DNA of 63,731 nt, filler included, from Hyphochytrium catenoides (GCA_900088475.1; 8 parts of 8 records of this genome joined end to end with filler, not necessarily neighbours in it), one strand, 5' to 3'; numbered from the whole stretch's first letter, positions 49,270-62,518 are shown. Notes: generated by a model not told the origin, from the letters alone. Made by a program: numbers and translations.

Positions 49270-49523
49270 AAAGAAGATGGAGCAGAAGAAAAAAAAGTTG
49301 ACTTTGTGAGGGACTTGATAGGCGTCTGGTCAGCGCCTTTGCTCAGCTGTTTTACTACTTTATTTGCGTTATTATCAATTGCTTCTTTCTCCTTGGACAA
49401 GTATTGAAAGCTGCAGCACCATCCTCTGGTAAAAATGAACAAGGGCAAAGTGTTCCCATCTTGAAGGATCGTATGTACCCTGCGTAACCAAAGAAAGGCC
49501 ATGAAAGAATAAATAATTAGCCT

Positions 49524-51506
49524 CTAACCTTGCCACAAGGTTGTTTCTGCTGCCCGATCCTTTTTCGGCGTCATCACTCTCAAAATTGCAAGCAAGTCGT
49601 CTATGCTTTCACTCTCAGCACAGAACTGTTCAATCTGTGCGGGGGTGAAGAGGAGATTGCCATCTCCTCTTTGGCCCTTCCGCGGGATGAAAGCTTCCAG
49701 CTCCTTCTCCTCCTCTTCTATGAAACTCTGATCGCAGTAGTACTCAATCATCTCCTTAGCCTCAGTAAAGCAGAGATAGTCCATGAGAATGCTCTTTGAT
49801 ATCCTTCCTGGGCGGGTGATGGCTGGGTCCAACTTCTCAGGGTGGTTGGTCGTCATAATGACAATGCGGCCAGGGGAGTCTACTATCCCATCCAGCGCAT
49901 TCAGCAAACCAGCCAAATTTAGTTTGTCATCCTCTGTTTCTGAGCTCTCTCTTGACTTGACAGTGAGTACTTTATCTTCGTCGTCCTCCACATCCTCCTT
50001 CCCTTCCTCCTTTGATGCAGAGGAAGTGGCCAGTAGCTCGAATAAGTCATCGGCGCTTTCTCTCCCTTCCTGCACTTGTTTCTCTCTGGAGGAGACCATG
50101 GACGATGCACAGTCAATATCTTCCATGACGAAGATGATCTGGTCAGGAGCAAGCTTCTCTGGGAATCTTTCACCGGTGTCATATTCTGTCTGAAACATGA
50201 TGCTCATCAGCTCCTCGTTGGTCTTGATGTCAGAGAGGGGAACGGAAACGATGTGACGTCCTGTGAGGTTGGCCAGCGCCTTAACTGGGATGATGGGAGG
50301 AGTTAGGAGTCTACCACGGAACCATGGAAAGGAGGCAGAGACAGCGGGTGGAGTGGACTTACGAACCTACGAGTTCATCGAAGGCGAAGGGAAGAGGACC
50401 ACATTGGGACCAAGGAGGCAAAGGCAAATGTAGAGCGAAGACTGGTGAGATAGCCAGATATTAGAAAGACTAGCTCTGAGTCTTGTACACGTACCAAGCG
50501 AGGTCTTCCCGGTTCCAGGAGGCCCATGCAAGAGGAGCCCTAGCTTCTGAGCGAAGCCTTTCACGGCAAACTTTCCAGTCTTGTTCTTGAAGTTGTCAAA
50601 GAGCCGGACAAGGTCCTCTTTGCCAGGAAACCACACGGTATCGAGAGTCTTATGACTGGAGAGAGGAAACTTTTTGAATCGAGTCTCGCCTGCCTCCCCT
50701 CCTTGGAGGACAAACATGTACCGCTTATCATCAACTTTCTTCTGAGCCCTATCCTTGTACTTCTCATAGGCGCGAGAGACAAAGTCATCAATACTCTTTT
50801 TGCCGTCTGGGCTTGAACTCTTCAGTCTCACTGTTTTCCTCTTAGAGTGAAAGTTGTCGTTCCTGTCCTTACCACTGCCCTCTTTGCCTCCCCCTCCCGG
50901 TCTTCCTCCTTCGCTTCCTCCGCTTGGAAGCGTTTCCTCACTAAGGAGGTAGAAGAGAGAAGGTCCTATCTCTATCCATTCATTCTGCTGGGGAGAGGTG
51001 ATAAGCTCCAGCCCCTCCAGCTGGTTCAACGTGCTGTCAGGCTTTACGACTCTCCCACACGTATCGTAGTAAACTGTATCGTCATACCGCTCTTCCTCAT
51101 CGTCCCGTAAGGAAGGACGGATATCTCCGACGCTAGTCAGCTCCACCATCGCCACTTTCAGAGCTGGGACAGTTTTCTTTTGGGAGAGTAGGGAAGAGAC
51201 TTCCACGTTTATAGCTTCCTGGAGAACATCGTTTCTTGAAGTGGATTGACCGACGCAGCCATAGCCCCCCCCGCACAGCGTGGTGTCGTGGACGACCTCC
51301 CAGACATATTCTCGGGATAGAGTGTCAAACAGGAGATGGAACAGAGAGAGAAGATGATAGCTGAGAGAAGAAATCCATCCCTCAAGAAGGCGACAAAGAG
51401 ACGGGATCAGACTGCAGAGAGTGATGTCCAAGAGTACGTGTCCAGTCTTCACCAGGTTGATAAGCCCTAACTGCACTGCTAACATCCCATCTGCAGGATT
51501 CGTCAT
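49524..51506 (-). CDS. BCS1-like AAA+ ATPase, two exons
   Basis: Walker [16 protein letters not shown], intron at about 50285-50494, Walker [42 protein letters not shown]. The start was placed at MTNPADG by inference. Confidence 0.88.
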
Positions 51507-51825
51507 GTCTCCCTCTTTCAAGATGCCTTTGTGACGATGAAGAGATTGGATGACTGGTCTACTCAGCTGGAGCCCTGGCCAACGGGAGAGTAGAATAAAA
51601 AGTGATAGGGTGTGAGCAGGCAAAAGGCGAAGAGGTACAACGGACCCTGCAAAATGAACCGAAGGAGCAGCATGTGTGCAGAACAGGGGGCTGCCTTGGT
51701 TCCTTCCCTCCAAAGAAAGGGATGTATGTCGCTGTCAAGGGATCCTCGAGCGATGCTTAGCTCCATCCATCTTTCCCTCTCTCCCTCTTCCATCAGCTNN
51801 NNNNNNNNNNNNNNNNNNNNNNNNN

Positions 51826-51864
<39 letters not shown>

Positions 51865-52461
51865 TTCTCTTTCTTTTACTTTCCTCCCATTTGCCATTCA
51901 TTTCCTTCTCATCCTTCGTCATCAGCCATCAGGAAGGCTCCCCTGCCCTTTCACGCTTCTTCACTCCTTCCTTTCATGAGTGATGGTCGCTCTGCCTTGC
52001 TGAGACATTCCAGATATCTTACCCAAATATAGCTCTTATCCCTAACTAACATGGCCTTATATGAGATACAAGCACCAGCCACCAGGCAGCTCCACAGTGA
52101 CTGATGATGAGGACCATCACTCGTCATTCTGACTCTGGACAATCACTCTCTGTCCCTACTATAGAGAGCTGACATGCATTTCCTCTGTCCTTGCGACCCT
52201 TATAAAGAAACTACAAGACCATCACCGTCACCAAGAAGAAAGAAGGGAACCTCTTGTGTCGCTGAACTTACCGTCAAATCGTCCTCATAAAGCCATCATG
52301 GTCACTGTTGTCTCTTCCCTCCTCCGACCCTCAATCTTCATACTTTCTCTCTCTCTCTCTCNNNNNNNNNNNNNNNNNNNNNNNNNNNNNNNNNNNNNNN
52401 NNNNNTTAATTAATTAANNNNNNNNNNNNNNNNNNNNNNNNNNNNNNNNNNNNNNNNNNNN

Positions 52462-53712
52462 TGATGTGGACCTGAAGGCTAATGGACAGCGCCAGAATAA
52501 GTTAGTAAGCGGTCTGCCTGTTCTCCCCACGTTCCTCTTTTGGTTCACTTACTCCTCCCTGGCCTTGGCCGCTATGCTATTGCCCTTACGTTTAAGGAGG
52601 TCTCTCCAATATGGCTACGTAGTGGCACACCTCCTTCTATTAAGCCATCGGTCGATATACTGTTGTCTCGTAGCGGGTCCCAGTCCTACGTACCTAGTAC
52701 TGTCAACACTGAAGTGCTCTGCTGACTTGGTGAGCACGGCTTCCCGGAACACGAAGAGCGATAGGTTTGGCGAAAGATTGCCCTTCTGTTGCCCTAGAAG
52801 CAAAGCATGTAGCCGAAGGCCAAACTTTACACCGTCTAATAGCAGTAACCGCGGTACTGACGGCTGCAAGCAGTACTCTTTGCCCGGGGGAAGGTCGCTC
52901 AGCTCGTCCACAGCCTTGAAGATGCGCACACCTTGTCCTCTGGAAGTGAGAGAGGGAGGGAGAAAATAGGGAGGAGAGGACGCAACAGGGGAGCAAAAGT
53001 AATTAGGGCAAGAAGAAGATGATCGATAGAATGGATAGCAGGCGTTGATAGGCAAGAAGAGTGGTTCGAAGCGGCAGCGCCCGAGTAAATGTTGAAAAGG
53101 AAAGGAACAGAGACGATAGGGTACATCTCTTAAGGTATCGTTAGGTGTCCTTCCTTACCTTTGCACAAGCGGATCCTTCAGGAACCAAACCGTTGGCGAT
53201 GAGTCCTGCACCTCATACTTTGTAATAGCTTCTTCGATCGCATCCTTGCTCTTCACGATGAACGACGGAGGTGCCAACTCCTCAAGGCCCGAACAGTTAA
53301 GCATCCGTGCTAGTTCACACTTGTGAGTGAGGCGGTATAGGCCGTGAACTGTCGCCATGTTCATTATCTGCAACGCGACTTGACTCACCCCGCCCTCACC
53401 CCCAACCCTTGGAGCCTTTTCTATAGTCTCAAGAGCTCTTCTTGGATCTCCTGCTAGCACCGCACAGCAAGCAACGTCATATGGGACGGCAGATGGACTG
53501 GCTGCTGCTGCGCTGATGAGTGAGCTTTCCGAGCCCAGCAGTGGGGTCATCACCATCTGCGCTTCTTCCTCCTGTCCTGCCTCCCGGTGCAAAAAACTTA
53601 GTCGGAGTCGAAGCTTGAGCTTGGTCCAGGCATCGGAGGAGGTATCTAAAGCCTGTTGAAGGTATTTGATGGCCTGCTCATAGTCGCCTAGTGAGCGGTA
53701 CAAAAGCGCCAC
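52462..53712 (-). CDS. Partial TPR + tubulin-tyrosine-ligase-like (ATP-grasp) protein
   Basis: TPR-like ALLYRSLGDYEQAIKYLQQAL, then LTHKCELARML..LAPPSF, VWFLKDPLVQR-GQGVRIF, YCLQPSVPRLLLLDGVKFGLR and a following exon LQVHI. Truncated at both contig ends. Confidence 0.72.
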
Positions 53713-53871
53713 CTGTTGAGAGCCCGCAGGGAGGGGTCACTGTGAGTGGAAGCACAGATACTAATGTATACNNNNNNNNNNNNNNNNNNNNNNNNNNNNN
53801 NNNNNNNNNNNNNNNTTAATTAATTAANNNNNNNNNNNNNNNNNNNNNNNNNNNNNNNNNNNNNNNNNNNN

Positions 53872-55581
53872 AGCAGTTTATTGGGCGGTCAAAAAGCTAA
53901 GACATTACCTCTTAGGACGAAAGTTTATTCTCGTCACTGACCACTCATCACTGGTGCAGTTAATGGACACAAAACATCCTACGGGGGTCAAGGCTCGCTG
54001 GATAGCTTACCTACAGAGTTATGAGTTCGAGATAGTCCATCGCCAGGGCGCTAAACATTTGAATGTCGATGCTCTTAGTAGAGATCCACGTTTTCGCAGA
54101 ACCACCGCGGCTGGTGCCCTTGTCAAGAGAATTGTTGTGGCACCGGACAAGCTCGGTTGGTTTGCGGCGCAACAGGCCCAGGATCCTTTTATCAAGGATT
54201 TGGAGCTCTGTTTGCAGGAGAAGTGTACTCACATCGATGCACGGCGATGTTCATACAATCGTCGTAGTTACGTCAGTCATAAGAAGCTGATGTATTACCT
54301 GGAACCACGGAGGCTTTCAACCACGGGAGATCAGCAAAAGGGGGACGCCTCTGAGCTATCTGTGACCACTGCCGAGGGAATGTCTCAAAAAGACCCAGCT
54401 GGTGACCATCACGGTCGAGAGGGCAGGGACCTCGTGCAGCAGTTGGTAGAAAAGCCTGGGACTGAACGCCATGGTACTCTCACCTCCACAGGTGTAGGGG
54501 TAATCAGCCGATCCTCCTTTANNNNNNNNNNNNNNNNNNNNNNNNNNNNNNNNNNNNNNNNNNNNNNNNNNNNNNNNNNNNNNNTCCAACAGTACACCCG
54601 TTGTCCTTCCTGTTAGGGACCGGGTAATGCCACCGCTTAGTGTCCTCTGCAATACCGAGGATGAGGTTGGCAGTAGCGATCGGGGAGCGAGCATACCTGC
54701 CTCGGCCCCATCGGAGAAGTCTAGTGTGACAGACCAGGGTAGCTCCCATAAGTCATCCGCTAGTAGTATCGTCTCACCCAGCGTCATCGGGGAAAGAGCT
54801 GTGCCTTATCGTAATTTGGCTAATGCTAGTGTCGTCTCACCCAGCGTCATCGGGGAAAGAGCTAAGCCTGCTCGAGTAGCACTGGCTGAGGCTATTGACG
54901 ATCTCTCGTCTGTGAAGGTAGGGGGCCCTAGTGGACGCTTGACTGTTCCTGTTGTCAGCGATAGAGTTTTGAGACCACGGCCTCGTTTACCTCGAGTGAG
55001 GACTGTAACGCTTCGACCACTTTTTGCTAACTTCCATAGTTCTTCCCCATCGCAGGTGAAGTTGGTCGAGGAAGGAGTTCACAGTGATCTTCGCGGATTT
55101 AGCCGTGGGGAGAATGTGACTGTAGGACATAATGAGAACCAACTGTCTTCAGATGCGGTTCTAGATGAGGCCACTACTCCTCGTGACGTGACTCAGGAGG
55201 ATGGTGCAATTGAACGGTACTTGTCGACGGTGCTACCGAGCTCTGTACAGAATCAGATGCGGTTAGTGGTTCCTCTGGTTTTACGGTCGGCTTTAATAAC
55301 GGAATGTCATGACTCTGCACGATTTGGAGCACATTTGGGTATGAAGAAAACCTTGGCGAAGTTAAAAGCTCGATTCTATTGGCCAAGTATGTCTAAGGAC
55401 GTAAAGACTTACATTGGACGGTGCCTTAGCTGTCAACTACATCCGTTTGGTGAAAAGCTAAAGGACTCTTTCACCACCGTGGAAGCTCTATACCCTAATC
55501 AGATCTTGCAGATGGATGCTACGGGAATTCTACCTGTGACGGTCAGCGGTAATAAGTACATTGTTCTGTTGGTAGATTTAT
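53872..55581 (+). mobile_element. Ty3/Gypsy pol fragment (RNase H, integrase zinc finger, start of integrase core)
   Basis: AVYWAVKKLRHYLLGRKFILVTDHSSL, ARW..LQSYEFEIVHRQG..NVDALSR, HD...AHLG..KT...RFYWPSM..DV...C..C, ILQMD..G.LP...GNKYIVLLVD. Confidence 0.95.
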
Positions 55582-55840
55582 NNNNNNNNNNNNNNNNNNN
55601 NNNNNNNNNNNNNNNNNNNNNNNNNTTAATTAATTAANNNNNNNNNNNNNNNNNNNNNNNNNNNNNNNNNNNNNNNNNNNNTCAAACTAGTAGCAAGGGT
55701 TGCGGCCCATATAGATACTCTTCCGTTTTCTTAAGTGCGTCCTCCATCCATAAGCAGAGCTTTCCGGCCGATCCTCGTCTGTGGTGCTGCCGTTCACTTT
55801 AGCTGTCTGTTTTCTCTCTCTAATCTACCCTTTGCCGCAG

Positions 55841-56867
55841 GGATCTCAAGCCTGAAAACGTCCTCCTTACTGAGGATGGGCACGTTAAGCTTGTGGACTT
55901 CGGACTCTCTAAATGCGGTGTTCGACAGCCCACCAATGGCACGCGAACTCTTTGCGGCAGTCCCGAGTACCTGGCGCCCGAAGTAATCGACGGTAAACGC
56001 CAATATGGGACTGCTGTCGACTGGTGGTCCTTAGGGATGGTAAGGGCCGGGCTCAAGTGCCAACCATGCTCCCTTGCTGTGTCGTCCCAATAGTCCTAGC
56101 TTTCCTCCTTCACCGTCTCAATGTTGTGACCGCGTCGCAAGGGAAGAATGTCCCTCCCTGTCCGCATTGTACTCCTCGCCTTTCTTGTTGGAAAGGTGCC
56201 TGTGTCCCTTTTATCTTTTGCTGCAGCTCAATCTACGTACGGAAGTGCTAAGATTTTTCCTCTGCAGGTTATTTATGAGATGCTGACAGGACTGCCTCCC
56301 TGGTACAGCGGTAATCCGAAGTTACTTGCTAGCCGCATCAAGAACGCAGAGCTTCGATACCCAAAGACAATGTCTGCAGAGGCTGTTGCACTTGTCTCCT
56401 CACTTCTCAGACGCGATCCCTGTGAGAGACTTGGCAGCAGGCATGGAGCTATGGAGATCATGTGCCATCCATTCTTTCTAGGAGTAGACTGGATGGGTTT
56501 GAGACAAGGGACTGTTCCGTCTCCGTTCTCCCCTTGCGCCAACAGCTGGGTCTCGGACTCGGCCGTTAATTTTGACCCTGCCTTTGGACGTCTGCCTGTT
56601 GACAGCACCGACGGTCCGACCACGGAGGAGGGAGGGGTGAATGCAGAAGTGATTGCAGATATAGAGGCTCCCAAGACTGTGAAAGGAGTAGAAGAATCCC
56701 TGGCAGTGGGCATGGTAGAGCACGACGATGACGTGTTTAAGGGCTTTGAGTTCTACCAGCCCAGTGCTCCAGCACAGCCTTCAACTGTGCTGCATTCAAC
56801 GTCCAGCTTTTACAGTCGCTCAGCAACACAGCACCCAACAGCGAGACAACCTGTGGCCGCGGCGTGA
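55841..56867 (+). CDS. AGC-group Ser/Thr kinase, C-terminal two exons
   Basis: [52 protein letters not shown]-tail NFDPAF and FKGFEF. Confidence 0.9.
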
Positions 56868-57602
56868 CTATTATCGCTTGTTCTCTATCTATTTATTTAC
56901 TCCTTTGGGGCGGAGCGGGGAGTCCTCCTAGGTCAAAGCTCCAAGTGTTATCTTGTCCACAGACTCGCACCCTTGTGCACCTAATGTTCCATGTCAATTC
57001 GCACGAATCCCCTTCGCTCAGTATTTCTCTGTGAACTATAATATTGAGAAGAACAGCGATACTTTAGGTTCATAGTTGGCCCAGGACAGCCACAGCGATG
57101 CCCAATCTCCATAGTTCTCCTTCCTTCTATAGTAAGATGCTAGTCTTCATGGAGCTGTTGTTGCCTTCCCAGAGCTTAACGAGTTTCCTCAAATCTTCGT
57201 CCCGGAAGGCCATGGGGTGCCGAAATTCTCGTCCGAAACTATCACCGAGATTAGCCGTTTACTTTATAACTGCCGTTCCCAAGCTATTGTTTATTCGATT
57301 CGGGAGCTGTACCTACTTTTGGTAGTGGGCTTCTGATCGGAGGATCTTGGAAGCACCAGAAGCTGCTGATCAGGTGAAGTCCTCCGTCCTCTTCCTCGCC
57401 GTTGCTGCCGTTGCCTGGCCGCCACGCCTGGCTTCTGACAGACGATGGCCAACCCGCCTGCCTTCATCAGACAGAAGCGTGCACCGTTTTACCCAGGGCC
57501 ATCTCTTGCTTTGCCTTCATCTCGGTCCCGTAGGTCAGAAGAGTAGCGTTAGACACAGCCCTTCGAAGTAGAGGGCAACCCAGGAGAGCTGGATTGCTTT
57601 GA

Positions 57603-59285
57603 ATGAACGCAAGGCGAGGCCTGATCGGCTTGTGGAAGAGGCTAGGAAACACGCCTCCGCAGGCAAGGCTGATTCAAAATAGCGTGATGGCCTCTCAAGC
57701 AGCTCATGGGAACTCTACCTCCTCATCTAGTTCCTCATTGGGAGAAGATGCTGCTGCTACCCGGCAGCAGAAGAAACTCCTTCGGAATCAAATCTCTGAC
57801 ATCCTAGAGCAGCTACCAGATGATGAGATTGCGAGACAGAGCAGTGCTGTCTATGGGAAGATCATGGAGGTTCTTGAAAGAGATTCCAACCTCGTTAAGA
57901 CTATTAGTGTCTATCAGTCAATGCCCAAAGAGCTTCAGACGGGAGACCTTCTCCGTCGTTTGTTGGAGGACAGAGAAAGATTCAGTGTCTATGTCCCTAA
58001 GGTCATGGGCCCCAAGCACAGTGATATGGCCATGTTCAGACTCTTTGACGAGGAGGACCTGAGGACTTGCGAGAAGGTACGGGAAGCCTATTTTTCAATT
58101 TGTCTTCCTGACCGCAAAGGAAGAAGTGTACCCTTCTTTCCCGTTTCCCGCACCTTCTCTTAGCGCTTCTGTCCGCTCCCAAGCAGACCATGATTCTGTG
58201 CACATTTTCTAAGAATTGCGCCGGCTTTTGACGTATTGACACCCAGTTGTGCTCTTGGTACAATTGCATCAGGGGCTTTGCTGTTATTCTTTCGGCTCTG
58301 CTTCCCCGCCACGGTCCCTGCCGTCTTCTTGACGAAGCTTTCTCTTCTTCTCTTTATATGCAAAGTCAAGATGGGGCATTCCTGAGCCGAGTTCTACTTA
58401 CAGAGGGGAGCCCAGGCCGTGCATAGACCCAACAACAGCAGTCGACGCCGTCATTGTACCAGGAGTAGCCTTTACCTCACAATGTTACCGCCTGGGCCAT
58501 GGCAAAGGCTATTATGGTAAGAGGCGCCCTGATGCAAGCTAAAACAATAGAGAATGGACTGTAACATAGAAGGACGGGTCTCTCTGTCGGGGCGAAAAGA
58601 GAGGCACATATATGAGCGCTGGCTATCTTAATCAGGACGTAACTCAGGGAGAGAGAGACACAAGAGGATGCAGAACGGCAGAGAGAAGGCACATATAGTG
58701 AGCAAGACAGAGAAAGGCAGAGAATAGACAGCAAAAGAGGGAAGAGAAGAGAGACAAAGTTAAGAGAGAGAGACGATGACATTTACAAAGAGACTGAGAA
58801 GTGAAAGAAGCACGACGGGTAGCGGGAGAAGGATAGGTGTCTTCTCTTTGCAGGAGTTTCCTTGAAGGGGAGGAAAGGGGTAGGAAGATTTTTTGCTAAG
58901 TTGTTCTTTACTCCTCCTTATCGCCCTTCGGGTCCGGAAATCACCGATAATGCCCGTTTGACCGCTGTTTTTATCAAGATAATTTCTTGTCAAGGACAGC
59001 GGCGAACAATGCCAAACTCGGTCGTCCCAAGCCATTGCTCGTGGTAAGCAACGCGGTCATCATATGCTCCTTAGGTCTTTTTCACTTGCAGGCTGTTTAG
59101 GTCTGGTCCTACGGCCTGGCGTAAGTTAAGTCTCAGCCATCGTCTGACTTTCTCCCCTGAATACATCTATTGTGCAGGGAGTGGCGCTCGAACAGCAGAT
59201 AGTGAAAGAGGTTCCACTCTCTGCTCACGACGTCCGTCTCGATGCCGTCATAACGGCCAAAGACACATATTTTTGCGATTCTTAA
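57603..59285 (+). CDS. MTHFS: 5-formyltetrahydrofolate cyclo-ligase with a possible N-terminal mitochondrial transit peptide
   Basis: KKLLR, ISVYQSMPKELQT, VYVPKV, WGIPEP, DAVIVPGVAF...RLGHGKGYY, QIVKEVP...HDVRLD. Stop at 59283-59285. Confidence 0.92.
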
Positions 59286-59628
59286 GCGGCTACGTTGGCC
59301 GTACATTCTACTGCGAAGAGAGCGAGTAGTCCTGCGAGAGCATCATTTATGTAGCAATGACTAGAACAGTGGGGGCACCTTGCCCTTGCTGAAGTTTTGG
59401 TGCTTCTGGCTTTTTCATACAACCATAGTCAGAAGCAATAAATATGGTCCGACGAGGGCGTTCGGCGGTAAGCCTCTGGACCGAAGCATAAACCATAGGG
59501 AGTTCAGCATGAGGGATGAGCCTTGCCGCTCACCTCTCTTGTTCCCTCTTCTTGCCCCTTGTCACTATCTGCACTCTCTCGCTGACTCTGTTTCTCTCTC
59601 TAGCCTGCGACATCACTCTCCTCTCCTG

Positions 59629-61659
59629 TTATCCACTCGTGATCCTCGCCCTCTCTAAAACTTGTACGATTTGCTGGAAGCTGGGCCTTCGGCTGGGCTC
59701 ATGCTCCCAGGACGCCCTGATCACGTTCGATAGCGCTTTAGGACAGCTTTCGGGAATGGGAAGCCTGGCCCTCTTGGTGAGAACCTGTGCTATAAACTGC
59801 ACCGGCTGAAGGCCTTCATAAGGTATCTGGCGGGTGCAGATCTCCCAAAGGACAATCGCATAGGAGAACACCTGTAAGAGCAACAAGAGACACAGAAAGA
59901 TATAAGGCTTTCAGAGATCGAAACCACCGACATTGCCGACTAAACACTGTCTTACATCGGCTTTCTCCGTGTACCTAGACCGGTTCAGGGGCAGGAGGAA
60001 AGTGAGTTAGTGAAAGTAGGGCTTTCTCATCTGTGAGTGACTTTTTCTTCTGAGGCTAGGATATCCCTAGGAGACTAGCGCAGTAGGACTCACCTCTCTC
60101 CAGATATGACCTCAGGTGCCATCCACTGATAGGTCCCTAGCTGCCCTGTCATCAGCGCGTTGGGATCTGACGACTTCAGCTTTGATAGACCAAAGTCTGA
60201 GACCTTGCAGGTCCAAGAGCTATCTACTAGGATATTCAGAGACTGTCGAGGGAATGTTTGACCAAACATGCAGGGGAGGCGTCAGAGAGAGAGAGAGAGA
60301 GTGCGTGTAAGGGGTAAAAGGGAGAGAGAGTAGGCGACGGAGAAGGCGTCCAGGATAGTGAATATTGAGGCAAGAATGAGGTCACAGGAGCACCTTGGCT
60401 AAGGTAGAGTACGGAAGAAGGACCGCAAGAAGCGGTAAAGAAGAGCATCAGAGAGGAGAGGAAAAGTGATACGAAGACGAAGAGAGGATACGGGAGGAGT
60501 CTGGCGCATACCTTGAGATCTCTATGGATAATAGTGGGCGTGGAAGCGTGCAAGTCTATTTATGGACGAGACAAAAGAGAAACATCGAGAGGAGTCGAAG
60601 AAAGACAGAGAGAGAAGCGAACGAATAAAGAGAGATTAGTCAGGGTCACTTACACCTCCCGTTATCTAAGGAAAGGAGGAGAAGATTGGCACACATTGGA
60701 AACCTAAAGGTCGACAGCCAAAGAAGCAGAGGTGGAATAGCAAAAGACAGCCAGGAAGACTGTTCGAGGCGCTGGAGGAGAGGAGAAGAGACCGAGGGAG
60801 AGTCTTACAATTCATCCCTTTGGCGGCGTCTAAGGCCCACTTTGCCTTCATGGTCCAGTCTAGCGTCAAAGCTTTGTTATGAAGCAAGGAAAATAGGTTA
60901 CCATGCACACAAAACTCCGTCAGGATGGAGAGAGGGTCCGGACAGGCACCAACCAGAGCCACTGCAAGAGGAAATAGAGAAGTAAGGCAGAGTGAGAGAG
61001 GGGTAGGGAACGTTACGGGCCCAGAAAGGTAGAGGAAGAAGGAACTAGAGTGTTGAGGAGCAGTGAGCGCAAAGACTTTGCTGCTCAACCGTCTCTCAAA
61101 CGGTCAATAGCGTTCTCATCTCTCCGTCGCTGTCTCTGTTTCTCATCCTTCATTCCGGGGTCTGCCTTTCTGTCTTTTTCTTTTACTCTCTGTCTCTCTG
61201 TTTGTCTTACTCTCTCTCTGTCTGTCTCTCTCTCCCTTCTCTCTTCTAGTTCCTCTTCCATTTCTAGATTCTTTTTGTCGTTTACCTATGTTGGGATGCC
61301 TCATCTGAATCATGATGTTGACTTCTCGGTGAAAGTCCTGCAAAGCTTTGATGTTTGCTGTCAAACTGCTCACGTTAATCCTCTTCACAGCGACCTGACG
61401 CCCTCGATACATTCCTAGCATGTAAGTGGCGGAAGGACATAAGTGGGAGAAAGCTAAGCCTACGCGCTGACCTTTTCCTCGTCTTGGTCCATCACTATCT
61501 TGTTCATTCTGAATCGTTTCTCAGTTTCTCCCTCTCATTCTCTCTCTCCCTCTTTTGTTTTTTCTTCTTTCTCGCCTTTGCCTACTTTCTTCTTTCTTCC
61601 TCTCTCATTTCTCTCTTCCTCCATTATTTTTTCTCCATCCCCTCTCTCTCTCTGCGGCT

Positions 61660-61690
<31 letters not shown>

Positions 61691-62518
61691 CCTCTCTTTC
61701 GACCATCAAACTAATAAAAGGAATTCTTCTACTCCCTGAAGAGAGTGCCCTCTTACCTAGGTGGACAACTGCAAAGGCCCCACTGCCTATATGTTGGCCC
61801 AGTTGGATGTCCCGCTGAGGGATGGCTATTCCTTTTTGTATGAAGATCATCTTTAGTGCTTGCAGAGGAGAGGTGGCAGGTATAGGAGGAGGTGAACTAA
61901 GAGAGGAGGAAGGAGAAAGAGGCTGAGGAGGAGTGAACGGTAAAGGAGAGGCAGGAGAGGGGAGAGGAGATGGCAGAGGCTCTTGTTGGAGCTCTGGGGG
62001 TCTCGGGAGAGGAGATTGGCGCAGCGACTGGCTTGCTCTTGTGGGTGAGGGAGGAGAGACAAGCTCTGAAGCTCGCTTCTCTCCCTCGGCCTTTGGACTG
62101 ATGGCACTGTGTGCAGGGCTAAGGGGAGCGGATGGCGAGCATCCATGCTTGTTACTAGGAGAACCTGGTACATTGCTAGGAGACAGTGCGGAGGACGGAG
62201 GCGGAGGCGGTGGTCGAAGCGGAAGAGGAGATGTTGGGAGTTCTTCCCCTCCTGAGAGGTCAATGAGGAGGACAGAGGACCTCCTTTCTCTCTTTCCTTC
62301 TCTCTTTCTTCTCTGTTCTCCCATAGGTCCTTGCTGGCCAAAAGAGGAATGTCCAGGGGATGGAGATGAGGAGGCACTTTCTACATCGGGAAATTGAAGG
62401 TCAATCAGATCTGCCGTGGGAAGAGAGTTAGAAGAAGGCGAAGAGTCACTATGAGCCAAGGAATGGTTCTGGGCAGGAGAGAACCCCGATGAGCAGGGAG
62501 ATGACCAGCAGAGGTCTA
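59629..62518 (-). CDS. TKL-group (Raf/CTR1-like) protein kinase, 5' truncated, with a Pro/Ser-rich linker
   Basis: IGSGAFAVV, VAVK, FHREV..MRHPNI, AKGMN-YLH..IIHRDLK-SLNILVD, KVSDFGLS, GTYQWMAPE, KAD-VFSYAIVLWE, RRPSF. Confidence 0.92.

Noticed and set aside
2000-62518. Alternative genetic code or non-canonical splice sites
   Set aside because: All genes I reconstructed splice with GT-AG, have no in-frame stops in conserved motifs, and end in TAA, TAG or TGA.
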